A DNA stretch of 64,000 bases from assembly GCA_977020255.1 (NCBI GenBank), contig CDROCS010003418.1, forward strand, positions 744,001 through 808,000, given 5' to 3'. Each line of letters begins with the position of its first letter. Position 1 is the first letter of the stretch. Below, piece by piece: positions 1 to 11,975 of the stretch. Under the pieces are notes generated by a model. That model was given only the letters and a program-made list of their open reading frames with translations. It searched no databases and was not told where the DNA came from. Source of the DNA: Obrimoposthia wandeli (taxonomy: Eukaryota). Made by a program: the position numbers and the translations under genes.

Positions 1-14
1 AATTTTCATCCAAT

Positions 15-330
15 TACAAATAAGCCTTTTAATTGGAGGAATAAAAAAATATTAAAAATAATATTATCAACCAATAACAGATAAACAATCCTTCTCAGTG
101 GAGGAATAAATTCAATTTTTTAATCAAATAGGAAAAGAGCATGTGTGCATAAATTTTAGTATATAAGCAAACACTTTCTTCATTTAAATCCCCGACTATT
201 TGAAATAATGACTATGGCAAGAATCTATACTTATTATTTCATTATTACTATTAAATTTTTTAGATTACATGTATCCTGTTTCCAGCCTATTGTGGTGCTT
301 CGGCTCCACATGGAGGAGAGTCCTGTATGG
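15..330 (+). repeat. Polinton-associated segment homologous to ~14050-14400 (upstream region, TATA and first exons of the spliced gene)
   Basis: Colinear blocks shared with 14050-14400, e.g. tcaaccaataa, cagataaacaat, atgtgtgcata, ttttagtatataagc, tgtggtg. Confidence 0.8.
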
Positions 331-1110
331 AGTTAATGTCCACCTAATATCGGACAAAGTCACATGGGCTTCAATTCTTCGTCTGTACCTTCTGCAGAAC
401 AATGGAGGAGAAGAAGTTTCGAGAATTCTTCTGTGAACATCGAGATCACCTATCCTGTTTCACGGCCAACAACAAAAAGATCGTGCAATTGGTGCGCGAT
501 TCGCAGGCCGCTCCAGCTCCTGCTCCAATTCCAGTTGCAGTCGTTCAACCCGTTTACGGTCCTGCGATTCGTCCTTCTCTCCCGTCTCCTGATTCTGCAG
601 CTGCCTCATCCACTCAAATGACTAACAATGAGTGGATGAACGACATCTCCCAATAAGATTTTGAGGAGTTGGCGCCAGCAACCCAATTCTCGAACAATAA
701 CTGGATGAAAAATATCACCCAGTCAGATTTCGAGATGGAACAGCCTCAGTGGAGCGACAACAGCTGGTTGGAGACCATCGAGGAATCCGATTTCGTCGAG
801 TTAACGGACGACAGCTGGATGGATTCCGTCAACGAAAAGGACTTCCAACCAGCTACAATTGGATTGCCTTCATTAGGTATTTTTATTATTTTTAAATTTT
901 AATTATATATTTTTTATTATATATATTTTATTTTTATTTTTTATTCAGGAAGTACCTTGATACAGCAGTCATCCGCTACGACAGCTATGTATCCCCCATC
1001 GCGAGTGCCTACATCAATGTTAGCACGCCTTAGGTAATAATTTAAAAATATATATTTATTTTTTAATATATTTATTTCAGCAGCATCAATTTCTACAATA
1101 GCCGCTTCTT
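208..1110 (+). pseudogene. Spliced gene of the CxxC...HRDHL zinc-finger-like family with an Ala/Pro-rich linker and Trp-containing acidic repeats; premature stops
   Basis: ATG at 208 and AT-rich intron 217-263 (GC..AG). Exon reads ...FFVCTFCRTMEEKKFREFFCEHRDHLSCF... Further short gt..cag introns near 878-948 and 1034-1080. Paralogs at 14269, 20344 and 60524. Confidence 0.6.
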
Positions 1111-1176
1111 AAATTTTTTAAAATTTTCTATTTCGCCTGGGAAAATCTAATAAAGGAGCTGTTGTTAATTTTTCTT

Positions 1177-1790
1177 TCAGGAGTGCAAAACTTGTTTTAC
1201 AATCCGGTGACGGTGTTGCCGGTGCTGTAGCCGGTGCTGTAGCCAACCCAAATGGCATACGATTGAAACACAATTGTTCTTATTTTGTACTGAAAGCCGT
1301 TTGGCCTGAGACTCATTCACTAGATCTACCCGATAAGAAGCTTGTCCAATATCTAATGTCGTAAATATTTTAGCATCACCTAGACAATCGAACAAGAGTT
1401 GTGGATCCGGTATGGGAAATGTAAACTTCTTGGTTACTGCATTCAAATTGTATTGTCTGGCTTCTTCACAATGACCAAAGGCGAGTTCCAAGGACTTTCA
1501 CAACGCCTAATTACGTTTACTTTGAGTAACCTTTCAATCATTTCATCCACTTGGTTTTCTAAATGCATCGGTTGTAGTCTAGGATTTTGGCAAATATGAT
1601 CGGAAATAGTCTCAATCTTATGAGAGACAATTTTGGTATATCCTAGATCAAATTTAGAACACATAAATATTTTCCCAAATTCCTTAATATAATGTCCTAG
1701 AATTGAGTCTCTATCGCATTTTAAAGAATTACATATTTTATCTGCTCTTTCTTTCGAGGAAAACGTTTTCATCATGCAAGACGAGTCCAA
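1177..1790 (-). pseudogene. pol: Gypsy LTR-retrotransposon reverse transcriptase, frameshifted and truncated
   Basis: ORFs 1443-1790 and 1177-1491 contain HKIET, VIRRCESPWNSPLVIVKKPD, FPIPDPQLLFD and IFTTLDIGQASY, which are typical Ty3/Gypsy RT motifs. Confidence 0.9.
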
Positions 1791-2145
1791 ATAACATACT
1801 TCTTGCAGCTTTATCTCAAATGTTTTTATTGTATCGATTCCACCAATAAATTCTGGTTAAATGTCTTCTACAACAATTATTTCTAAAACATTCTCCTTTT
1901 TATTCCATAACACTTTAGTATTAAACCTACCTAAGTGCTAATGATGATTATTCGAAAAACTCCACTCAGATATAAATTACTCTGTCTCATTTTGTGACAT
2001 CCTACTGTCTTCCAACAATCTTTACTCATTACAGTAACTGATGCTCCGGAGTCTCACAACATTTTCACATCTACATCATCAATCTTCATTATACTCCATT
2101 CACGACCATCCTTCTTCATATACATCTTTTCATTCCGCTTTGGTT

Positions 2146-3305
2146 CTATATGCTCGATCCCACCGACGAAATGTGAGCAATGGGACCGCTCACGTTTCCC
2201 TGATTAACATCATGTATTATCATGTCGTCATTATTACAGTCTTTTAAATATTGATTATTTTCTTTCACTTCTTCTGTTATACAAAGTACTCTTGAAGTTT
2301 GATGTGGGTTCTTTAAAATATAGCAGCTGTTGAAATTGTGACCTTTTTTTCTGCAAATCAAACATCTGTCATTGATAGGACATTGATTTCGGAAATGACC
2401 TTTCTCACCACAACAAAAACATGGTCCTAACTGAAGGTCTTCACTTTTTGTGACATGCAGTTTTTTAGCTAATTTATATTTTCTTTTAGCTAATTGTTTT
2501 AAGAAAAACCTTGGCATTGGTCTTCTATTATTTTGATTTTGGGCGTCTCTATTTATGTATATTTTTTCTTCATTAACATAATTTCTTTGTTCCTGATGTA
2601 CTGATACTGGCTTCTTCGTATTGTTTGAGAAATGATGGTTGTCAGGACGGTTGAATTCTCTTTTTACTGTATTCGCATACGTAATATGAATTTGTGCAAT
2701 CACGGTATTCTGTTTCTCGATTTTGCTGTACACCTTTGCCAACGCCTCTATTTTTTCTTTTGGCATCTTTGGTTTTAATAAGAACTGCTCCTTTAGTTTT
2801 TCACTTCTTACTCTATCTTTAATGAAATCGTCAGTCAGCTCATCTTTGCTAACATTATTTTTATCATAGCCTCAACGAGGTTTTTCACTCTAATGCTGAA
2901 CGCTAAGAAACGCTCGCTTTCTACTTGCTTCACTTTTGCAAGTTCGCAAACTTTGTCAACTATGGATTTTCTTTGTATGAAATTTTCTTCAAACAATGTT
3001 TTGATTTCGATATCTGAATTTAACCTTTCACTGGCATATTTCCATAATAATTCAGCTTCTTCGGTCAACAGCAACTCAAATGCATCCCCAATATTAATCT
3101 GAGTTGTGTCAACCCATTCCTCATCCTTTAAACATTGTGTACCTTTCTTTGAACTCATTTCATCGTATCTTCTTATGTTATACTGGAACATCATTCTTTG
3201 TTCTTTAGCATAGTATCGAGGATATTCTTCTTTGATTGACTTCTCGTTACTACATTTATTTAGGCGTAGTCGCCAGTTATGTTTTCTGTCGTAGACATAA
3301 TTCAA
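2146..3305 (-). pseudogene. gag: Gypsy gag with CCHC zinc knuckles
   Basis: CFCCGEKGHFRNQC and CLICRKKGHNFNSC knuckles in 2146-2766; gag-like upstream ORF 2835-3305; lies upstream of the RT on the same strand. Confidence 0.8.
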
Positions 3306-3399
3306 GACTTATATTTCACAACACAATTTATATTCTAGATATTAAATATCAGTTTTTTAAACAAATTATGGAAAGTAAGATAATTCCGGTTTCTGATTA

Positions 3400-4173
3400 C
3401 ATAACTAGTACAATTGAAATTTATCGTCAATCTGAATTCTATAAATTTTCAATCAAGTACAATTGAAAGTTATCATAAATGGGCATCTGATGCCCATAAA
3501 ATGCCCTGAATTCCATAAAGTTTATATCAAGTACATTGAAAACCACATAACCTTTAATTGACTAAAAAGATAGTTGAATTATAAAACCAATATAGGGTCA
3601 TCTCTTTGTTTTCGGTGTGTTTGAGGTATTATACTTGTTGTGAGACGTCCTACCTCTCTAATTGTTAACCCATTTTTAGTTGTGTTATAGTAATATAGTT
3701 TTCCTACAAACCAACTAAATATTACTTCGTCACCAACCGTATTGACGTGAACACCCTAACATATAGGTTGGCCGAGAGACAACCACGCGACGGTACTCTA
3801 AGCGCTAGGGTATATGAGGATTGTTGTGTCCCAATATTACCAGATGAGTATGGTTAGCGTCGCTTGGCTCTGGCTCTTCGATATCAAATTAGTCTAAGCT
3901 TTTTTAGACGTTCTATAAACTTAAATTCAAACTACCCTAGACCTACACCACACTACATTAGTTTTAATGCCCTCCCAGTTATATAGCACACAACTCTTTT
4001 TACATCACTCAGACCAAAACATAAAAAGAAAACCTCCAGATTGAGACTCGAATTTGGTAAGATAAGAATAGGTAGGCCACAAACATCTGTAAGCCCTATC
4101 GCTACAGATTTCACGTTGGGGGTCTCCATACGAGGATCTAATCGAATCGTAGTTTCAATTAGAAACTCCAACA
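3400..4173 (+). mobile_element. Partial LTR-like element, family 1 (copy A)
   Basis: Carries the family core tgtaagccctatcgctacaga...gaggatcta...tagaaactccaaca, ending in AACA at 4173. Left end not found; short degenerate agtacaattgaaa repeats at 3405-3540. Confidence 0.7.
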
Positions 4174-6079
4174 CAATAAAGAATCGTACATATGCAAAAA
4201 CGTATTTATTTTTGTTCACAGTTTTCATTACCTAATCAAATATACTTATTATTATACAATAAAACAATTTTAACTTTTATGTTGCAGAGCAACGATAAAC
4301 TTGATTTTAACTTATTTTAAATAGATTTTATTAAGAAATATAAACAAAAAAAATCAAAAAAATCTTTCAAAGTCTCAAAAAGGATGTATAATGAGTAGAT
4401 TTCTTTTCTATATTTGTAAAATTATGTCAAAATGAAATCATTTAACTAATACTTGAATAAACAAATTTATTATCTGTTAACACAAAATGATATTTAAAAT
4501 ATAGATTAGTTTAAGACAAAGAATATAGTATAATCGATTGCTCACATTAATGTAATTCATTTTATTTAAACAGCAGTAAACTATGAATTACTCTTTATTT
4601 AATGGAATAATACAGTAATAATTTTCAACATAATAAAGTAAATATATGCAAAAAAATCATTTTAGAAAAAATAACATACCTTTGAAAATTGTGTTATTAG
4701 CTGAACCCGCCATGCAGCAATTAATTTTATAATTTATATGTTTTTTGTTGTTTAAAGATAAAATCAGTGGACATAAAAACACATACATAATAACGTATAA
4801 TTTTTATACTGTTGAAATATATTGAATATTCGTATTACGAAATATTTGATGTTGTCAACTAATAATTAAAGTTAAATAAATAAATATTTATTTTGCGTTG
4901 ATTATTATTGAACCATAAACTTCCCGACTTACACTCTCGCTCAATTTCTGTAACTCTAATTTGTTTTCATTTACATTCCTTAACTTGCCTCCTTACTTGT
5001 TTGTTTATACTTACTCTTGAAATCACTTAACATCATTTGAATCCATACTCACTAACACTTATTAAACCTTATTAACTTGAGACTCTTAATGAACTGTTAA
5101 CTTTAGAGCAAGAATATGAAGGTAAAATATTTGAAAATAAAAATAAAATGTGAAAATTCACATCTTCATTATTATAATTTTCAACAGATTGTTACATCAT
5201 CTTCATTAATTGATAGTATTAAATTTATAATTAGCTAGTACTCACTTGCTAAGACTTACTTGTATTCACATTCACTTGCATTCATACTTGCATTCATTTA
5301 CATTCATTCTAACTCTCATTTATTCAAACTAGCATTCAAATTCTTTGATATTTTTACAAATTTTCATTCATACTTGTACATTGTTTGCTTTAATATTTAA
5401 AATAATAATATTTTCATCATTGATTTAAGTTATAAATTACAAGTATAAAAGTATGTCAATTAAAAATTAATAAATATTTAACATGTCTAACTAAGAGTTT
5501 AATAAATATGTTTGTGTTAAAATATAAATTAGTTGAAATACAACAATGGTGACAATTAAAACTCGAGGTAATACAAATATTTGTCACAATTGTTAATTTT
5601 TCAAACTAGGATCAAAATTTTTGTGTTCAAACAAAATGAACATGAACATTTAACGCAAGAATTGTTAAAATATGTACAGTTAATGTTTTGTATTATTCTA
5701 TTTTTTTTAATAATACTTGTATTTTAGTAGTTGTCTTGTGAACTGGAAGTACCTTTTATTAAAATAAATATTATTTTATTATTTATTAATGGAAAATATC
5801 AAATATTACTTTAAATTGTTTAATTTAAATAAATAAATTTTATAATTTTTAAGAATGCTACATTTGAAATTATTTTCATTGTTTTAATACATGAATTGTA
5901 AAATAAAAATCGCAAGTTTGAAATTTTAATATAATAAATTTGTATAAAAAATTCTAAAGTTACACTTCAATTTTTAGAATAGCGGTATAATATTTTAAGT
6001 TTATTAAACATCTTTGCTTAATTTTTAAATAATTTTTTTTAATGTTAAAATAAATTTTGATTTATGTTTGCGTTTAAAA

Positions 6080-6500
6080 AAATTGTTTAAATAAATAATT
6101 AAAATTAATGAAAATTGTCCGTAAATTTAAATATTTAAGAAAATAAAATATGTGAAGTATTTTGAGTTTAGCAATAATCTTTGCTTAATATCTAATTTAA
6201 ATAATGTTACTTTAATATTTTATTTTATAAACCCCTTAAATTCAAATTTTGTTTAACTTTAACAAAAATTAATTTTTTTTATCAGGATCTCTTAATTTAT
6301 TAAACAAAATTGTTTAATTTATAAATAAAATAATTAAAAATTTTACGTAAATTTAAATATTTATCTAAAAAGAAATGTTAGCATAGTATTTTGAGTATAT
6401 TAATTTTTTTTGTTATTTAATATTTATTTTAAATAATGATACTTTAATATTTTATTTTAAAAAAACGGTAAATTAAAATTGGTTTAACTTTAACAAAATA
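6080..6500. repeat. Degenerate tandem duplication, ~225-bp AT-rich unit
   Basis: Blocks cgtaaatttaaatattta, agtattttgagt, tactttaatattttatttta and gtttaactttaacaaaa each occur twice about 225 bp apart. Confidence 0.7.
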
Positions 6501-6574
6501 ATTTGGCGCAAATTTAAATTAAAAATATTATTATTTGTTGAAATTACAAGTATTTTTATTTTTCACCAGGATTC

Positions 6575-7065
6575 CTTAACTTATGCATGATCATAAGGGT
6601 ATGGTTGAGTTCAATTTTGATATACAAATACAACCATGTAATAAAATTAACATATTTGTTCCAAATCTTACCCTTAACTTGTAGACGACCATAAAATATT
6701 TACATGATTAAACGCAAAATATTTTGACAATCACAACCATGTACTTTAAACTTTGAAATCCCAACTTTTTTAAACCCTTTCATCTATGGTCGATCATACC
6801 TTAATAGATAAATGTACCTTGGTATCAACCAACCATGTACTAAAACCTTGATATTTGAAACTTGATTTTGTCTTTAACCCGACCCCTTCATTTACGGACG
6901 ACCACAACCCTTTAGATGTGATGGCCAACCATAGTTGACCTCAACCATACTCTCAAACCTTCAAGTGATAACTGAGTCTGATCCTTTCATATATGGACGA
7001 CCACAACCCCTTGAGTATATTGGCTGACCACAGAGGGTATTGACCATACCTTCAAACCTTTATTA
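6575..7065. repeat. Degenerate minisatellite, ~100-bp unit, about 5 copies
   Basis: Recurrent ggacgaccacaacccc, caaccat and aaacctt motifs at roughly regular spacing. Confidence 0.65.
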
Positions 7066-7889
7066 ACGTGCTCAGCCAGACTCTTATCGTGTGGGAGGGC
7101 GGTCATGTGTTCTAGACTCTATCTTTCCACCTTCTATATAATTTTATTACATACAAAAATGAACAAAGATACAACAATTAAGAGAGTTCTTAAATAAAAA
7201 TTTCAATATTTTAATGCATAATTGTATTCATTATTTCATTTATAAATTGTAGTATTTCTATTTGTAGGGTTGTGTGTTTATTTTCTAGATGATAAATGTT
7301 TACTTCATGGTATATATAAATACTAATGTTTAGGTTTTCAGAACCTGTTGAGTTAAATTTATTCACGCTAAGTAAGCTTTTCCACTCTATTATATTATTT
7401 TTCTTGTACTGTTTTATATGTAAGTCCTTTGGTTGATGTAAACATTGTAATGTTCTGACAAAATTGAAATGTGTCGTATTTTTTCTGAATTTTTTTTTTG
7501 ATACTTTTCGTATGGTAACATAAATTTACAGACAAACACATCTCTTGATGATTTATTCACTATTCTATAAATTTTTTTTGAGTTTTCACATGTTATAAGT
7601 TCGCAACATGTGTTAATGTATGACTCCAAAAATTGTAAAATCGTCCAAACCAACCGACAGTGAATCTCCCTCAAATCGATCTCTTTATGGAAATGTCAAA
7701 ATTAATTATATCTCTTTTTAGATTTTGACCATTCCAAATTTCAACAATTCTTCAGATTCTGACTATTCTAAATTTTATTTTTAGAATACACACCTCAGTT
7801 TCAACAATTTTTATTTAAAAATAAATTTAACTTCAACAATTTTTATTTAAATACACAAATAATTAGTTGAATAATAATAATGCAGATTT

Positions 7890-8162
7890 TTAAGTCAAAC
7901 TGTTGCTTTTTATAGCAAACATATTAAATATCAAAAGTTTCTGAAGAGATCCCGAAACAGTGATTTCTTTCCCTCCGTCTCCGACCGCCACGTATAATTC
8001 AAAATTATTAGTACTTCTGAACTGCCATAAATAGGGTTGCAAAGCATATGTCCCTAATTTTATTTTTGTTTGGATACCACAACAAGAAGCGATCACTGAT
8101 AAAGTAATAATTGAGAAAAATGTATTTGTAATATTGGCTTTTGGAAGTATGTTGCTTCTCAA
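7890..8162 (-). CDS. Short ORF with a hydrophobic N-terminal segment downstream of an integrase remnant; possible env-like or accessory fragment
   Basis: ORF track 90 aa with TFFSIITLSVIASCCG; same strand as, and directly 3' of, the integrase tail. No family recognised. Confidence 0.25.
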   Translation of the reverse strand: MRSNILPKANITNTFFSIITLSVIASCCGIQTKIKLGTYALQPYLWQFRSTNNFELYVAVGDGGKEITVSGSLQKLLIFNMFAIKSNSLT

Positions 8163-8169
8163 ATTATAT

Positions 8170-8556
8170 CTTTGGTTATCTTGAGTCTGATAATAAGGTT
8201 TACATATATTGACATGAACTGCTTGTATTTTTCCTTTTTAACTAGAGATTTTACTTTTAAATTTGGTTCAATTTTGATTATTTCATATGGTCCTTCGTAT
8301 GGTTTATAGAACTTTTTTGTTAAATCTATTTGATGTAATTGTACGTGAATTAATATTTTGTCGCCCTTCTGAAATCTATGTTGTTTACCAGTTTTATCGT
8401 AATTTTCCTCATAGATTCTAAGTATTGAATTAGTTTTTATAAGTATTTTTAAAGGAAATATAGTAATATAAATGCATATCCTTATGCATATTTGTTATAA
8501 ATGGTTTGAAGGATTTCAAAAGATCAAAATACTAAGGTATTGTATTAACTGAAAAC
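8170..8556 (-). pseudogene. Gypsy integrase C-terminal (GPY/F) remnant
   Basis: Minus strand reads YEENYDKTGKQHRFQKGDKILI and, after a frameshift, KFYKPYEGPYEIIKIEP. Confidence 0.7.
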
Positions 8557-8807
8557 CTTGTTTCTGAAATGTTTCGATAATTATAGAAGGGACATGATCC
8601 GAATGGTTATGATTGAGATATCTTGTTTCTGACTATATTTCGATGATTATAGAAGGGACATGATCCGAATTGTTATGATTGAGATATCTTGTTTCTGACT
8701 ATATTTCGATGATTATAGAAGGGACATGATCCGAATTGTTATAATTGAGATATCTTGTTTCTGACTATATTTCGATGATTATAGAAGGGACATGATCCAA
8801 ATTGTTA
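8557..8807. repeat. 66-bp tandem repeat, ~3.8 near-identical copies
   Basis: ttatagaagggacatgatcc recurs at 8581, 8647, 8713 and 8779 with near-identical intervening sequence. Confidence 0.95.
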
Positions 8808-8949
8808 ATTAATAATTTGTCTATTTTTTATTGTGTCGTTTTGCTGCTAATCTGCAGTTTTAAGTAGCAACGAATGTCAAATGTCAGCAAGACAGGGATC
8901 AATACCAAATCCGATTTCTGGCAGTGATTCTGGGCAGAGTGACAAATCT

Positions 8950-9530
8950 GCACTCACACACATGCACGCAGAAAATCAATAGTTTGATTGGAGAGGTGGT
9001 AGGAGCTGTTCTGTGTTCTGGATCGGTTCAAGTCGCTGCTGTTGTTGTTGCTGACGGCGAGATAGTGGTAGGGCAGCAACAGATATAGCATCGCCAAAAG
9101 AGAGGGACGCTGAGAGACCGGCCGAGTGAGATGGGGTGGCTCTATGCATCACAGCATTGATAAGGACTGAGATAGTCCTATAAACTGCAAAGTGCATGCT
9201 GCAGCTGTGGCATAGAAGGAGACTGACAGACCGCGGTGTGTGTCCGTGCGAAAGACAGCACACTGGCACAAATGCTGACGATATTGACGACGCCGATGAT
9301 GATGTTGCTGTTCAGCCCGCCGATTAGGATGACGGGGAATACGGGGAAGGATGGCGGAGAAGGATGGTGGAGGAGCCGGACCAGACTTGTCGCTGGCCGA
9401 GAAAGGGCAGATCGTCGCCTCATCTGCTACTATTGCTGGGCGGAAAAACATTATGTTTCATCTTTTTATCATGCCGCCTTCCTGATGAGCCTGGCAAGGC
9501 GAAACGGGACCACCCCGTCGGAGGCTGAAT
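8950..9530 (+). repeat. GC-rich dispersed unit ending in a hammerhead ribozyme (copy 1)
   Basis: Homologous to the minus strand of 34925-35570: aaaatcaat, ttggag, Asp-rich tract (DIDDADDDVA vs NIDDDDDVA), then the ribozyme. Confidence 0.65.
9476..9525 (+). ncRNA. Type I hammerhead ribozyme
   Basis: Core CUGAUGA 9482-9488 and GAAA 9501-9504; stem II gcct/aggc with ggca loop; stem III acggg/cccgt with accac loop; GUC cleavage triplet 9517-9519; stem I gccttc/ggaggc. Confidence 0.92.
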
Positions 9531-9797
9531 TTGAAAACCTCCCTAATTGTGGGCATTTTAGATAAATATTAAATGTCAATTTAAATTGACTTAAATTAAT
9601 TAATTTTAATTAATTACCCAACATATTTATTGTAACAAGAGTCATTTCAGACATAATTTTTAATTCTAGGTTATTAAGAAAATTAACTAATTTTTTGTAA
9701 TTAAAAAATAAATCCTTTTAATGCTAATGAATGTTGAATTTTTTTCCACATTCAAATAATGTAATCAGTTTTAATTCTAAATACATTTAATACATAG

Positions 9798-11620
9798 AAG
9801 CTGCTGCACTGCCGTCAACTTTGGTGGAAGTAGCAATGAGACCGTCAAGGAGCAATATCTTCAACAATTTCAAGGCTGCCATCAAACGCCCCTGGAAGTT
9901 GATCCCGTTGTTTCATCCGGATACAGTCCTCACACCCGACTCTGGCGAGGAGCTTTTCAGTGATGAGGTACCGTCAAATCAAGAGGAGGACTTGACTCCA
10001 TTCATCGACGAGAGGACCAGATCGAGTCTCGAAGCCAATGAAAATGCCAGTAATGAGTCGATGATGGCTGAATTGAACGAATATGAGTGGCTTCTGTTCA
10101 CGGACGAATGATATGGTCTCACTCCAGCTACTACTCCTACTCTGATTACAGACGATACGGAGCCTGGATCTGGGAGACAAGTTAGGAGAATAAAAGCAAA
10201 AAATGAGGTTAGATTATTTATTTATTTCATATGTTTTTTTAAAAATTCAGAAACTTCAACTGGATATCGCGCCCTCAGTAACTTCATTGGAGAGGTTGCT
10301 CAAACCTGAAATCTTGGTGAGTCAATGTAGCCAGGAGGTGCCAAGAAGTGAGCTCCGTTATCTCTGGTAATATTAAAATAAAATATTTTAAATTAGAAAA
10401 TAAATGTAATTATAAAATAAGAAGCCGACAGGGGGAGGATATGCTGAAAGAGGAGGCTCCTATACTACCGATTAACAGGAAATAAGCGGTGGTTCGAAAC
10501 TCGAGAAAACATTGAGTCAAAGCCCAGACTGTCCGCTGAAGAAGGCCAAGCTGATGAAACAGATAAACGTGCCTGTTATTGAGGTAGATAACTATTATAT
10601 ATATAAATGTTATTCATATTTTTGAGATTCAGAAACCAGTTCAGCTATTTGGGGAGTGGCTTGAAGAAAGTACTCTTATACAACCGGTGGAGCAAAAGCA
10701 AGCTACGGTGCGAATATCAAAGAAGCATAGAATGAAAACCTAGACAGCCCCAAGGAAGAAAGCCAAGCTGATAAAACAGACAAATCTGTCTGTTATTCAA
10801 TTAATTTTTTAAAATATATTTTATTATTTTGTTAATATTTTTTGCAGGAACTAGCTTTGGTAATTGAGGAATGGCTAAGAGAGGCTACTACAATCCCACT
10901 AAAATGGAAGCAGATGGCGGTGGTGCGCAAGACGAAGCGTGCCAGTAAATCAATCACCAGTCTTCTCACGTCTACTGAGGTGTCGATAGGAGAGCCGGAT
11001 AATCTTACTTCTTCTATTATTGAAGTAAAATTTTAAATAATTTTAAAATTATTAATGTTTTTCTTGTTACAAGAACTAGTCAACAAGAGATTCTTCCATC
11101 TCCAGTGGACGATGGGCCAATTTTGTACAGGAGGATTCCAGATTCTCCGATCGAGATTAGTATTCCAACTAACCAACATCGCCTGCAAGAGATATTGCCT
11201 ACGCTCCCAACCATTTTTCATCAATCGAGTCTCAATCAAAATTTGGTGAAAGCTTAGGAGGCGGCATCTCCTCTTCCTGTGGCATCCACAAGCCAGAGTT
11301 TGAAAACGGCCTTGCTCGAAGCTGAATTGAAAAATTTCCTGGCGGAACTGGATACTTCACAACAACCATCCCTGCATCCCGATTCAAAATGGCAGCAGGA
11401 TGCAGTATCACTTCAGCTGGAGTGTGAGCAGGAAGAGAAACATAAGAAAGCTCCACGGAAGAGGAAGGCTACAAAACCGCCAACTTCATTAGTCGGGGCA
11501 TCTACATTGCTTGCACCGCCTTCCAAAAAGTTAATGTAACTCCTGGGACGCCAATTGCTACACAACAACCAGTAGTTGTGCAGCCGAAGAAGAAGAAGCC
11601 GGTGCCGCTTACGCCCATAG
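9798..11620 (+). pseudogene. Multi-exon gene of unknown function with triplicated exons; several stops
   Basis: GC-richer exons alternate with AT-rich introns (10208-10250, 10367-10421, 10584-10632). Repeated peptides EWLEESTL..KQATVR, EWLREATT..KQMAVVR and twice PxKKAKL. Confidence 0.55.
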
Positions 11621-11975
11621 CACTAAGTCGGAGGGATATCTATGAACTTTGTAAATGACTTTGTGAAGTGTTTACGAAATAATATAATTTTCGAAAATAT
11701 ATTTTATACTTATAAAAAAATATATATTTTTCAAAAATTTTAAATTCTTTTTATTAATTTATAATTAAGATATAAATTTTAATTCGGATTTTTGTATATT
11801 ATAGATGTTATCTTAATAAATTTAAATGTATTGATTAGTTATTGATTTATTAAATTATCCTAGAGATATAAACTTATATGTTAAATAAAATATTTCCTTT
11901 AATTGAATGGGATTGGATAAAAAATATTTCATATATATATAGGTTCAGATTTATTTATCTCTTCATTATTTAAAA

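Noticed and set aside
3305-4173. Copy A as the 5' LTR of the adjacent Gypsy gag-pol
   Set aside because: No primer-binding site or clean second terminus is visible between it and gag, and the orientation of the family is unresolved.
8557-8807. Tandem repeats here and at 12971, 47435, 47935 and 53338 as CRISPR arrays
   Set aside because: The units are contiguous with no unique spacers, there are no cas genes, and the context is eukaryotic.
8557-8807. 66-bp unit as a 22-aa FNIP/LRR protein repeat
   Set aside because: The minus-strand frames I translated contain a stop in each unit and match the FNIP consensus only at FG.
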